DNA from: Planctomycetia bacterium
GTDB taxonomy: Bacteria; Planctomycetota; Planctomycetia; JALXBF01; JBGPMX01
Length of the DNA: 35,895 nt
NCBI GenBank assembly: GCA_041487215.1
Contig: JBGPMX010000002.1
Location: 1-35,895, forward strand
Reading direction: 5' to 3'
Below the pieces are notes generated by a model. That model was not told the DNA's origin, did not search any database, and was given only the letters and a program-made list of their open reading frames with translations. A program made the translations under genes and the position numbers. Each line of letters starts with the position of its first letter. Positions within the stretch are counted from its first letter, which is position 1. Shown here piece after piece: positions 1 to 9,239 of this stretch.

Positions 1-1854
1 CATGGTGCTGAAGAACTGCTGCGCGAACTCGTTCAGCTCGTCCTTCGCCACCTTGCCGTCCGCGTTCTTGTCGTTCTGCTTGATCCACGCCGCTCCGTTC
101 TCGGGGGGCGTGAAGCCGCCGCCCGGCCCGCCCGCTCCGCCTCCAGGCCCGCCAGGACCACCCGGCCCGCGGGCCGCCTTGCCGTTCGCGGGAGGACCGG
201 CCTGCTTGGTTATCTCGGCTTTGACCAGCTCAGGGGCGGGAGCCTTCTCGACCTTGTATTTTTCGGCGTCCGCCTTGGCGATCCGGTTCAGCGCCTCCTC
301 GTTGCCGGGCGCGTTGATCACGGCCGACACATTCTCGACGATCCGCGCCCCCGCCTTGAGCCCCTCCTTGATCTCGACGAGCTTGTCGTTGGTTACACCG
401 GTCACCACGCGGCTCAGCACGGGCGGCTCTCCCTTGCTCGGCACGATGTACGCGTAACTCTGCCCTTCCCGCTCCACGATGCCCTGGACGGGCACCGCGA
501 CGACGTCGATGACCTTGTCCGCCAGGATGTCCACCTCGGCGGTCATGCCCGGCTTGAGCCCCTCGACCCGTTCGCCGATCGCGACCATGACGGTGTAGAC
601 CTGGACGCCGGTCGAGAACCAGCTCTGGGAGTCGGAGGTCGTCGCAACGCTGCGCACCGTGCCGTTGAAGTAGTCGTCCGGAACGGACTCGACACGCACC
701 CGGGCCGTCTGGCCGGGGTGAACATGGCTCACGCGCGCCTCGTGCACCTTGACGTTGACCAGCATCGAGTCGAGATCGGGGATGCGAATGATCTTCTGCC
801 GTTCGCGGACCTGGGCGCCCTCTTCGATCTGGACCGTGGGGGGGCCGCCGCGACTGGAGCTCGGATCGTTCGCGTACACCACCATGCCATCGGCGGGGGC
901 GTACATGGTGCACTTGTCCAGCTGCTTCTGGAGCTTCTCGAGCGTCCTCTCTTCCGTTTCTGTGGTGAGCTTCTGGGCGAGCATGGCGGCCTCGGCCTGC
1001 GCCTCTTTCGCCGTCGCCTGGTTCTGCACGCGGTCGAGCGCCCGCTTGGCCTCATCGCGCTTGCTGGTGAAGTCCTTCTCGGAGCGGTTCTTGGTGTACT
1101 GGTCGAGCACGCGCAGCTCTTCCTTCGCCATCTCGAGTTCGTTCTTGCCCTGTAAGACGGAGAGCCGGTCCGCGTCGACCTCGCTGGCCGACACGTACCC
1201 CTTCTGGCCAAGCCGCACCGAGTCCTTCCAGCGCTCCTCGGAGCGTTTCAGCTGCTCCTCGGCGATGAGGATCTTGCCGGTGTCGGTGTTCCGTTCCTTG
1301 ACGTAGTCCCCCTTCAGGTACTTTTCCAGGTCGATCGCGGCGAGCGCCTGATCGATCTCGGCTTTCTTGATATCGCTCTCGTTCTGGCTGCGGGTGATGT
1401 CGAGATCGGTCTCGGCCTTGGTCAGGGCCGCCCGTGCCTGCTCGACTTTGATCTGTTGCTGAATGCTCTGGTCACGCAGGCTCGCCGAATCGAGCTCGAC
1501 GAGCTTCTGCCCCTTCTCGACCTGGGTTCCCTCCTTCTCAATCCAGATGATTGTCGTGGCGTACTGGCCGGCCGCGCGCGCCTCGACCTCGCAGGCGAGA
1601 TCCGTGTTCTTACCCGACTCGAGCGCTCCGCGCTCGGTGACCAGGATGTCCAGGTCCTGGCGTTTCACCTCGTGGAAGATGAGCCCTTCGGACGAGCTGC
1701 CGCGGCCCGGCCGGTTTGCCCACGCCAGGGCGCCGATCGCCAGAATCGCCACGATGACGCCGCTCACGAGCAGGGTCTTGCGACGACTGCGCCGAGCTGT
1801 GAGGGCTGCGGGAGAAGCGGGCGGCGAGTGTTCCAGGGAGAGAGCCTGCGACAT
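1..1854 (-). CDS. HlyD-family periplasmic adaptor (membrane fusion protein) of an efflux/secretion pump; the 3' end runs off the left window edge
   Basis: Absent from the supplied ORF track because no stop lies inside the window. Hand translation of the minus strand from the ATG at 1854-1852 gives 618 uninterrupted codons. It starts MSQALSLEHSPPASPAALTARRSRRKTLLVSGVIVAILAIGALAW (basic stretch plus one TM anchor). A long coiled coil follows (IQQQIKVEQARAALTKAETDLD...). Then come barrel-type segments (CTMYAPADGMVVYAN, GMTAEVDILADKVIDVVAVPVQGIV) typical of HlyD/MacA/AcrA adaptors. It ends in a Gly/Pro linker and an EF-hand-like loop. Confidence 0.85.
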   Translation of the reverse strand, partial: MSQALSLEHSPPASPAALTARRSRRKTLLVSGVIVAILAIGALAWANRPGRGSSSEGLIFHEVKRQDLDILVTERGALESGKNTDLACEVEARAAGQYATTIIWIEKEGTQVEKGQKLVELDSASLRDQSIQQQIKVEQARAALTKAETDLDITRSQNESDIKKAEIDQALAAIDLEKYLKGDYVKERNTDTGKILIAEEQLKRSEERWKDSVRLGQKGYVSASEVDADRLSVLQGKNELEMAKEELRVLDQYTKNRSEKDFTSKRDEAKRALDRVQNQATAKEAQAEAAMLAQKLTTETEERTLEKLQKQLDKCTMYAPADGMVVYANDPSSSRGGPPTVQIEEGAQVRERQKIIRIPDLDSMLVNVKVHEARVSHVHPGQTARVRVESVPDDYFNGTVRSVATTSDSQSWFSTGVQVYTVMVAIGERVEGLKPGMTAEVDILADKVIDVVAVPVQGIVEREGQSYAYIVPSKGEPPVLSRVVTGVTNDKLVEIKEGLKAGARIVENVSAVINAPGNEEALNRIAKADAEKYKVEKAPAPELVKAEITKQAGPPANGKAARGPGGPGGPGGGAGGPGGGFTPPENGAAWIKQNDKNADGKVAKDELNEFAQQFFSTM

Positions 1855-2157
1855 AGCACATTGCCCTTTGCGATCGAAGGAAGACCAGCGGACGTGGCCG
1901 AGCGAGCGGTTAAGCACACCGGGCAAAACGATCGGCGGGCCCACAACCGCTGCCGCGCCAACGGCGTAACCGGTGTCCCGGGCCCCGTTTCTATTGAGCG
2001 CCCTTCCGGTCCGGTCTGCTGCGTGAAAATCGGAAAATCTGCGCCGCACCGCTCCCGCGCCGTGGTCCAGGCGCAGGCGGCAGTGAGCCGTCGGCAGGCC
2101 GAGCGACCAACTATTATACGAACTCGGCGGGGGGCTTTGCACGGGAAATCACCCCAC

Positions 2158-2249
2158 GGTACTGGGTCAGTTTGGCTGATACCCCCGGCTTCCCCCCCTT
2201 GCTAAGGGGGGGGACAAGGGGGGGTCGTTCCTCAAACTGACCCAGTACC
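2158..2249. repeat. Palindromic G/C-homopolymer element (copy 1) nested inside a 17-bp perfect inverted repeat
   Basis: GGTACTGGGTCAGTTTG (2158-2174) is the exact reverse complement of CAAACTGACCCAGTACC (2233-2249). The core CCCCCCCTTGCTAAGGGGGGGGACAAGGGGGGG is a C7/G8 hairpin. The same core occurs in reverse orientation at 32209-32259. Confidence 0.8.
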
Positions 2250-2352
2250 CACCACACGCCCCGATCTTGCAAAACCTAGCGAGAGGCATACAATGACGCC
2301 CGCCGTGGGATCATGGATTGATCTCGGACATGCCGTTCAAGGAGGACCGGCG

Positions 2353-3486
2353 ATGGCAAGCACCATCAACATGGCCCAGGCTCTGCTCGAGCAGGGCCGA
2401 GCCCTCTGGGAGCAGGATCGCTACGACGAGGCCACGCAGGTCCTCTCCCGCCTCCTTCGCCTCCGCCGCATCCCGCGCGGCATTGCCGAGCGTGCCCAGT
2501 TCTACCTGGGTGATATGCACCTCGCTCAGGGACACTACCCGAAAGCGCGGCGCCATCTGGCCGCGGCCATCGCCACGGGCACCGATTGCGGGGAGACGCA
2601 TTTCCTCATGGCGCGGGCGCTCGACTGGGACGACGAGGGGGATCCGCATAGCGCCTACGACCACTACCGGCGGGCCACCGACCTGGACCCCGGCCAGCCG
2701 CTCTATTCCAGTTCCTACGCGCTCATGCGCATCCGGCAGCGCAAGAACCGCTCGGCCGCAGCCCTCACGCGCCTGCGCGACGCCTTCGGCGCCGACCCGG
2801 ACGATCCCGACATCGTGTACAACTATGTCTGCGGGCTGATGGACCTGGGGCGATCCACGGAGGCCGAACTGGCGCTGCGTCGCGCCCGCAAGACCTGGCC
2901 GGGTCACCCCATGTTCGAGGAGCTCTGGTACGACCTGCTCACCGCGCGGGGGATGTTGCGGTGTGCGCCGGGCGGCGCGCTTCCGGCGCCGCCGCCGCCG
3001 CGACCCGCCGCGGACCAGCCGGTCCTGCTGCCGTTCCCGGGGCTCGCCAAACGAGCGCCGGCGCCCGCGGCGCTGCGACCGAACGCGCGGCTCCGCACCG
3101 CGCTCGAGACGCTCGGCGCTCGCGACGTCGCCCGCCTGGGGCGCATACTCGGCATTCCGGCCACGGGCAGCACCGCCGAACAGCGCGATCGCATCCGCCG
3201 GGCGCTGCTCAACCCCAACACGCTCCGGACCCTGGTGCAACGGCTCTCCGTGGACAGCCGGCGCCTGATCCGCTCGCTCCAGGAGTCCGGCGGCATGGCG
3301 CGCAAGCGGCTGCGCGGCGACGGGCCGGCCGCCCACCGGCCGCACTTCGCCGCCGCGCCGACCCTGGACTCGCTCGACGAACTGCGTCGCACCGGGCTCG
3401 TCTTCCCGACCCACGCGGCCTCGGAACGCGAGCGGTTCATGATCCCGAGCGACCTGCGCAAGCTGCTCGGCGAGGCCATGGCCTAG
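2353..3486 (+). CDS. TPR-repeat protein, function unknown
   Basis: ORF 2293-3486. I prefer the in-frame ATG at 2353 because AAGGAGGA (2339-2346) sits 6 nt upstream and GC3 rises from there. The N-terminal half has TPR-like helices (AQALLEQGRALWEQDRYDEATQVLSRLL, AQFYLGDMHLAQGHYPKARRHLAAAI, AYDHYRRATDLDP). I do not recognise the C-terminal third. Confidence 0.65.
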   Translation: MASTINMAQALLEQGRALWEQDRYDEATQVLSRLLRLRRIPRGIAERAQFYLGDMHLAQGHYPKARRHLAAAIATGTDCGETHFLMARALDWDDEGDPHSAYDHYRRATDLDPGQPLYSSSYALMRIRQRKNRSAAALTRLRDAFGADPDDPDIVYNYVCGLMDLGRSTEAELALRRARKTWPGHPMFEELWYDLLTARGMLRCAPGGALPAPPPPRPAADQPVLLPFPGLAKRAPAPAALRPNARLRTALETLGARDVARLGRILGIPATGSTAEQRDRIRRALLNPNTLRTLVQRLSVDSRRLIRSLQESGGMARKRLRGDGPAAHRPHFAAAPTLDSLDELRRTGLVFPTHAASERERFMIPSDLRKLLGEAMA

Positions 3487-3644
3487 GCTCTCGTTGTTTC
3501 CACAGATCTCGCGCCCCGTAGCTGTCTTCGACCCCCGGTTAAGTTCGGCGCGGGTCTCCCGAGCGACCGCTGCGAGGATACAAGGTCTCCGCTGCGCCCC
3601 CGCCCCGCCCCCCTGCCAAGAAGTGTTGAGCGTCCCACAGAACC

Positions 3645-3674
3645 GTTCAAGCGTTCAACCGGTCAACAGTTCAA
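3645..3674 (+). promoter_or_regulatory. Four direct GTTCAA-type hexamers with 8-bp periodicity upstream of the PHP-hydrolase gene
   Basis: GTTCAAgcGTTCAAccGGTCAAcaGTTCAA at 3645-3674, about 85 nt upstream of the ATG at 3758. Any regulatory role is inference. Confidence 0.3.
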
Positions 3675-3757
3675 CCGACCCGCACATTGCCGTCGTTGCG
3701 ACACGCGGCGATAATGCCAGACCTCATCCATCCCTGGCCTCGCCCTTTTTGGAGAAC

Positions 3758-6463
3758 ATGCCCATGCGATGCTCCCCCGCAGCCCTGCTGGCCGGCTCGC
3801 TCATGGCCGGGGCCCTCCTGCTCCACCCGGCGCACGCCGGCGAGCTCGCCGTTCTCTCCGTGAAGACGTGGGAGGACTTCGTTCCCAAAGGCAAAGAGGT
3901 GGACGCCATCTACGGCGACATCGTGCTGCGCAACGACAAGATCGTTGTCGTGATCGCCAACCCCGTCCCCGGCCGCCACGCGAACATGACGGTGCGTGAT
4001 GTGGGGGGGAGCGTCATCGACCTGACGCTGCGCGACCATCCCAACGATCAGCTCAGCGCGTACTATCCCGGCGCGCGGCGGTTCCCCTACCAGCTTGCCA
4101 CGGTCTCGGCACAGGGGCATGCCGCCACCAATCCGGCGGCCGAGACCGCGCGGGACGGCGACAACATCTCGCTCAGCGCGTCGAACGGCAAGCTGCCGGG
4201 CGAAGTCGGCGCGGGCCAGGCGGTGTTGCGCGGGGACGTGATCGCCCTCGAATGCCTGGCCCCCGCCACGGTGGACCGTCCCGAGGTGCGGCTCACCTAC
4301 ACGCTCCGCGAGGGGCAGGACTTCGTCGAGATCCGCAGCGAGTTCCGCAACACCGCTGAGAAGCTGCTCCAGCTCGCGCCGGTGGACGATTTTCGCGCGG
4401 ATCGCACCTTCCAATCTTCCCCTCCGGGCGAGACCGACCTGGTCTGGGCCTACGATAAGTGGTGGGGACAGGCCTACGGCGTGGTCGCGCCCGAAACCGC
4501 CATGCGGCTGTCGGGCAGCCCGGCCGAGCCACGCGTGATCGAGTTCCTCAGTGGCGGCAAGCTCACCCGCGAGCTGGCTCCCAGCCAGACGCTCACGCTC
4601 GAGCGCCGCTTCTTTGCCGCACGCGATCTGATCGCCGTGCGCGCCGCCGCGGCACGGCTGCACGGCGACGCCGACCTCTACCCGCACCGGCTCGCGATTC
4701 AGGACGCGCGCGGCGAAGCGATCCGCGACGCCGACGTGCAGCTCCTGCTCGATGACAAGCCGTACGGCCACGCGCGGACCAACGAGGACGGCCAACTCCT
4801 CATGGAACTGCCCCCCGGTCGCTACCAGATCGAAGTCCAACCGCTCGGGCGAAGCGCCAAACTGGACTTTGTCGTCAACCCGGGCCGGCCTCGGACCGAG
4901 CAGCCGCTGCCGATCCAATTCCCCGCCGCACCGCGGGTGGTCGCCGAGATCCGCGACGCCGACGGCAAGCCGATTCCGTGTAAGGTCCAGTTCGTCGGCG
5001 TCGACGGGACGCCGAACCCGTACTTCTTCCACGAGACCGGTGAGCACGCCGTGCACAACCTCTACTATGCGCACGACGGCCGGTTCACGCAGGAGATCCC
5101 GGCGGGCACCTATGACGTGCTGGTGAGCTACGGGCCCGAATACGACGCGGAGAAGCTGCGCATCGTCGCCAAAGCCGGTGAAGATGTGCCGCTCCGCGCG
5201 ACGCTGCGCCGCGTGGTCCAGTCCCCCGGCTGGGTCTCCGCCGACTTCCACAGCCACTCGAGTCCGTCCGGTGACAACGTCTCCAGCCAGCGTGGCCGGG
5301 TGCTCAACCATCTCTGCGAGCAGATCGAGTTCGCACCATGCACCGAGCACAACCGGCTGGACACGTACGTCCCGCACCTGAAGGCGCTCGGCGTGGAAGA
5401 CCGCATGGGGACCTGCACCGGCATGGAGCTGACCAGCGTGCCGGGCACCGTGAACCACCAGAACGCGTTCCCGCTGGTCATGAAGCCGCGCACGCAGGAC
5501 AACGGCGCGCCGGAGCGGGACCTGGACCCCGAGGTGCAGATCCGCCGGCTCGCGCTCTGGGACAATAAGTCCGACAAGCTCGTGCAGCAGAATCACCCGG
5601 ATATGGGCGAGGTTTTCTTCGACCGCGACGGCGACGGCGTGCCGGACGGCGGGTTCAAGGGGATGTTTGAGTACCAGGACGTCATCGAGGTGCATCCGCA
5701 TTGGGACGTGCTGAGCATGCAGCCGTTCCGCAAGGCGACCGACAACCGCACGAAAATCACACTCGCGTACAACAATTCGATCTTCAACTGGCTGCAGCTG
5801 CTCAACCAGGGGCGGCGCATTCCGGGCGTGGTGAACAGCGACGCGCACTACAACTTTCACGGGGTCGGCTGGATCCGGAATTACGTGAAGTGCGCGACCG
5901 ACGATCCGCCGAAGATCGATCCGCTGGACATCGTGCACGCGGCCGAGCACGGGCACATCGTGCTCACGAACGGCCCGTACCTGGAGGTGACGCTGCTCGA
6001 GGGGGACGCCACGGCCGCGGCCGGCGGCTCGCTCGCTACGCCGCGACGCCAGGCGATCCCCGGCGACGAGATCGCGCTACCCGGCGGTTACGCGACCCTG
6101 CACGTGCGGGTGCAGTGCCCGAACTGGTTCGATATCGACCGCGTCCAGGTGCTGCAGAACGGCCGCAAGGACGCGAAACTCAACTGGACGCGCTCCTCGA
6201 ACGCCGACGCGTTCTCGAAGGACGTGGTGCGCTTTGAGCGGCGGATTCCGCTCGAGTTCCGCGAGGACACGCACGTGATCGTGGTCGCCACCGGCGAAAA
6301 CCTTCAGCTCGGACCCATCATGGGGCCCGAGCACGGCCGCGACCATCCCACGGCCATCTCGAACCCGATCTACGTGGACGCCGACGGCGGCGGCTTCAAG
6401 CCGAACGGCGACACGCTCGGCCACCCGCTCCCGGTCAAGGGCGGCAAGAAGGTCGAACCGTAG
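3758..6463 (+). CDS. Secreted PHP-domain (CehA/McbA-like) metallohydrolase with carboxypeptidase-regulatory-like beta-sandwich modules
   Basis: ORF 3494-6463 starts at a TTG. The ATG at 3758 (or 3764) follows GGAGA and begins a signal peptide, MPMRCSPAALLAGSLMAGALLLHPAHAGE. There is a PHP-type metal motif, ADFHSHSSPSGDN...FAPCTEHN, with later HP/DAHY motifs. The segment TNEDGQLLMELPPGRYQIEV resembles a CarboxypepD_reg fold. Confidence 0.7.
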   Translation: MPMRCSPAALLAGSLMAGALLLHPAHAGELAVLSVKTWEDFVPKGKEVDAIYGDIVLRNDKIVVVIANPVPGRHANMTVRDVGGSVIDLTLRDHPNDQLSAYYPGARRFPYQLATVSAQGHAATNPAAETARDGDNISLSASNGKLPGEVGAGQAVLRGDVIALECLAPATVDRPEVRLTYTLREGQDFVEIRSEFRNTAEKLLQLAPVDDFRADRTFQSSPPGETDLVWAYDKWWGQAYGVVAPETAMRLSGSPAEPRVIEFLSGGKLTRELAPSQTLTLERRFFAARDLIAVRAAAARLHGDADLYPHRLAIQDARGEAIRDADVQLLLDDKPYGHARTNEDGQLLMELPPGRYQIEVQPLGRSAKLDFVVNPGRPRTEQPLPIQFPAAPRVVAEIRDADGKPIPCKVQFVGVDGTPNPYFFHETGEHAVHNLYYAHDGRFTQEIPAGTYDVLVSYGPEYDAEKLRIVAKAGEDVPLRATLRRVVQSPGWVSADFHSHSSPSGDNVSSQRGRVLNHLCEQIEFAPCTEHNRLDTYVPHLKALGVEDRMGTCTGMELTSVPGTVNHQNAFPLVMKPRTQDNGAPERDLDPEVQIRRLALWDNKSDKLVQQNHPDMGEVFFDRDGDGVPDGGFKGMFEYQDVIEVHPHWDVLSMQPFRKATDNRTKITLAYNNSIFNWLQLLNQGRRIPGVVNSDAHYNFHGVGWIRNYVKCATDDPPKIDPLDIVHAAEHGHIVLTNGPYLEVTLLEGDATAAAGGSLATPRRQAIPGDEIALPGGYATLHVRVQCPNWFDIDRVQVLQNGRKDAKLNWTRSSNADAFSKDVVRFERRIPLEFREDTHVIVVATGENLQLGPIMGPEHGRDHPTAISNPIYVDADGGGFKPNGDTLGHPLPVKGGKKVEP

Positions 6464-6622
6464 GCGTGCAAGCGTGCAAGCTCCGGCGGGGGTAAATCAG
6501 CGCGCGACTCCGGCGCAGGTAAGTTCCCGCCGCTCGCTTTGCTGCTCTCGTGCATCACGCTTGATCTCGCCCCATGGCGCGGCTCAAATAGTCGTGACTC
6601 TTTCTCCCCCGGAGGACCCGCG

Positions 6623-8971
6623 ATGCGCTGCCCCCGCCTGTCTGCTGCTCTCCTCTTCCTGCTTGTCGCCTGCGCGGTAACCGCCCGCGCCGGCGAGTCG
6701 TCCGACCCGCTCTTTTACGACTACGCCGCGATCCAGAAGCTCGCCTCGGATGGGCTCACTGCTGCGGCGGCCGGCACCTACGAGGTCTGGCTCTGGGGCA
6801 AGGGCCCGGAGCTGGCCATCACGATCGGTGAAACCGAGCTCAAAACCAAATCGGAACGCTTCGGCTGGCAGCACGCCGGACAGGTCAAGCTCGACCCCGG
6901 CCAAAAAGCCGCCGTGAGGCTGCCGGGTGAGGCAACCGCGGAGAATCTCACGAACATACCGGGCTACCTGGCGCTGTCGCCGCGCGCGGATTTCGATCCC
7001 AAGCGCACCCCGCTCGGCGCCGTGCGCACCCTGTACGACGGCAGCGGCTTCCAGCCGTCCACGTCCAAAGACGAATGGCTCAAGCGCCGCGAGGCGCTGC
7101 GCCGCCAGATCCTGATCAGCACCGGCATGTGGCCCATGCCCCCCCGAAGCCCGCTCCACGCTCAGATCTACGGCAAGCAGGTGCGCGACGGCTACACCAT
7201 CGAGAAGGTGGTGCTCGAAACGTTCCCGAACTTCTACCTGAGCGGCAACCTGTACCGGCCCGCCCCGTGGGTGCCGGCCCAGAACGACACGGCGGACCTG
7301 AAGGCGCGCAAGGACGCCTGGGAACAGAACCGCTCGGCCGAGAAGAAGCCCGGCATCCTCTGCCCGCACGGCCACTGGCGCGACGGCCGGTTCGAGCCCG
7401 AGGTGCAGCGCCGCTCGAAACAACTCGCACGCATGGGAGCCGTGGTCTTCTCGTACGACATGGTCGGCCGCGCGGACTCGAAGCCGTTCGGCCACGAGTT
7501 CCTCGATCCGCAGCTCGACCTCATGGGCTTCAGCCTGCTCGCGCTCCAGACCTGGGACTCGATCCGCGCGCTGGACTTCCTCACGTCGCTCCCGGACGTC
7601 GACACCGATCGGGTGGCCTGCACCGGCGCGTCCGGCGGCGGCACGCAGACGTTCATCCTGTCGGCCATCGACGACCGCGTGCGGGTGGCGGCGCCGGTCG
7701 TTATGGTGTCGCAAGACATGCAGGGAGGCTGCGCGTGCGAGAACGCCTCGGGGCTGCGCATCGGCACAGACAACAGCGAAATTGCGGCCCTGTTCGCGCC
7801 CAAGCCGCAGATCTTCGTCGGCGCGCACGACTGGACATGGGAGTTCATGACCAAGGGGTTCCCGGAGATCCAGGCGACCTACAAGCTGTTCGACGCGGCA
7901 GACCGGGTCGAGGCTGACGTCTTCGACTTCCCGCACAACTACAACCAGACCAGCCGCGAGCGGGTGTACGCATTTTTCGCCAAGACCCTGTTCGCCATCG
8001 ACCCGGCCCTGAGCAAGGAGATGCCGGTCGAGCCCGAGGCGTTCGAGACGATCTCCACCTGGGATGCGGACCACCCGCGGCCGGCTAACGCTGTGGACGC
8101 GGCGGGCCTCAAGAAGTACCTGGCCGGGATGGTGGCCGAGCAGGCGCTCGAGTTCCGCCCCACCACCAAAGAGGCGTGGGGCTCGAAGCGGCAGGAGCTG
8201 GCCGACGCGCTCGCACACCGGCTCGCGCTGAACGTTCCCGCTCTGCGCGTCGAGAAGGGGGTGATTGACCAACGAGACAACGTCACCGAGTTGCGTTTCG
8301 GTGCCGGCCCCACGCCCCGAGTCCGCGGCTTGCTGTTCGCCCCCCCCGACGGCAAAGAGAAAACGCGCACCCTGGTCGTTCACCCGAACGGCGTTGCCGG
8401 CCTCATGGGCGACGACGGCAAGCCGGCTCCGCTCGTGAAGGACCTGCTCGCACGCGGCCAGACGGTGCTCGTGATCGACCCGTTTGGGATCGGCGGCAAC
8501 ACGAATCCGTTTGCCGCGGCGGCGACGCAAAGCGTCGCGCAGTTTTCCTGCTACAACCGGACCACGGCGGCCGAGCGTGTACAGGATATCGTCCGGGCGC
8601 TCGGACTGCTCGCCGAGGCAGGAAAGGAAGTCCATCTGGTCGGTCTCGGCTCGGCCGGCCCGCTCTGCCTGATCGCCCGCACGCAGACCCCGTTCGTAGC
8701 ACGGACGATTATCGACGCCAACCAGTTCGACTATCGAGCGGACTCGGACCTGACGGCCGACCAGGTGCTGCCCGGCATCGTGCGGCTGGGCGGCCTGCGC
8801 GCGGTCGGGTGCCTGGCCGCGCCCGGCCGCCTGGCGCTCTACAACACCGGCAACGGCCTGGACACGAACTGGATCGAGGAGGCGTACCGCATTGAAGGAG
8901 CCGAGAGCAAGCTGATCATTGCCCGAGGCGAGGCGAGCCCCGAGCAAATCGTGGGCTGGCTGAGCGAGTAG
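6623..8971 (+). CDS. Secreted alpha/beta hydrolase (acetyl-xylan-esterase/dienelactone-hydrolase-like) with a second alpha/beta-like C-terminal module
   Basis: ORF 6539-8971. The ATG at 6623 is preceded by GGAGGA (6611-6616) and starts a signal peptide, MRCPRLSAALLFLLVACAVTARAGE. The nucleophile elbow is VACTGASGGGTQTF (G-x-S-x-G). FPNFYLSGNLYRP and CPHGHW blocks resemble AXE1-type esterases. Confidence 0.65.
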   Translation: MRCPRLSAALLFLLVACAVTARAGESSDPLFYDYAAIQKLASDGLTAAAAGTYEVWLWGKGPELAITIGETELKTKSERFGWQHAGQVKLDPGQKAAVRLPGEATAENLTNIPGYLALSPRADFDPKRTPLGAVRTLYDGSGFQPSTSKDEWLKRREALRRQILISTGMWPMPPRSPLHAQIYGKQVRDGYTIEKVVLETFPNFYLSGNLYRPAPWVPAQNDTADLKARKDAWEQNRSAEKKPGILCPHGHWRDGRFEPEVQRRSKQLARMGAVVFSYDMVGRADSKPFGHEFLDPQLDLMGFSLLALQTWDSIRALDFLTSLPDVDTDRVACTGASGGGTQTFILSAIDDRVRVAAPVVMVSQDMQGGCACENASGLRIGTDNSEIAALFAPKPQIFVGAHDWTWEFMTKGFPEIQATYKLFDAADRVEADVFDFPHNYNQTSRERVYAFFAKTLFAIDPALSKEMPVEPEAFETISTWDADHPRPANAVDAAGLKKYLAGMVAEQALEFRPTTKEAWGSKRQELADALAHRLALNVPALRVEKGVIDQRDNVTELRFGAGPTPRVRGLLFAPPDGKEKTRTLVVHPNGVAGLMGDDGKPAPLVKDLLARGQTVLVIDPFGIGGNTNPFAAAATQSVAQFSCYNRTTAAERVQDIVRALGLLAEAGKEVHLVGLGSAGPLCLIARTQTPFVARTIIDANQFDYRADSDLTADQVLPGIVRLGGLRAVGCLAAPGRLALYNTGNGLDTNWIEEAYRIEGAESKLIIARGEASPEQIVGWLSE

Positions 8972-9099
8972 CTGGCACGACGACACCTGCGCTTTCCCGT
9001 TCACGTGTTGCCCATGCGCGGTCCGCTCGAGGGCGGAGAGCGGAGGGCCAGCACCGTCTGAGAGATCAGGTGCGCGCGATCTCGTTTCCGTCGTACCGA

Positions 9100-9179
9100 G
9101 ATCCTTCGCTACGCTCGTGCCTCGCTCCGCTCAGGATGACATGCCTTCACCCGTCAATCGAAGAGTGACAGAGTACTAG
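9100..9179 (-). repeat. Interspersed repeat family A (GTCATCCTGAGCGG...GAAGGATC) with its extension module, reverse orientation
   Basis: GATCCTTCGCTACGCTCGTGCCTCGCTCCGCTCAGGATGAC (9100-9140) is followed by GTCAATCGAAGAGTGACAGAGTACTAG. The whole ~80-nt unit recurs nearly identically at 26350-26430. Confidence 0.85.
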
Positions 9180-9239
9180 TCTAGCGGACTGAGTTTTATC
9201 CGGTGGTCGGGGCATTGCATCCGGGGCGGTGAGGGGGCC

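Noticed and set aside
2-457. 151-aa plus-strand ORF with a striking poly-proline tract (PPPGPPAPPPGPPGPPGP).
   Set aside because: It is the antisense reading of the Gly-rich linker of the HlyD-family adaptor. The minus strand gives a 618-codon uninterrupted protein with clear adaptor features.
2113-2118. TATAAT on the minus strand (plus-strand ATTATA at 2113-2118) as the -10 element of the HlyD-adaptor gene.
   Set aside because: The best -35 candidates (TGCAAA or GTGCAA) match only 3 of 6 positions, and the implied leader would be about 250 nt. This is too weak to report as a feature.
3671-5956. 761-aa minus-strand ORF antisense to the PHP-hydrolase gene. The same pattern applies to 6584-9004 (806 aa), 12064-13869 (601 aa), 20162-21640 (492 aa) and 10303-11565 (420 aa).
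   Set aside because: These ORFs are antisense or out of frame relative to genes with clear family motifs. Their translations are Arg/Ala/Gly/Pro/His-rich low-complexity strings with no recognisable motifs. Long stop-free alternate frames are expected at this GC content.
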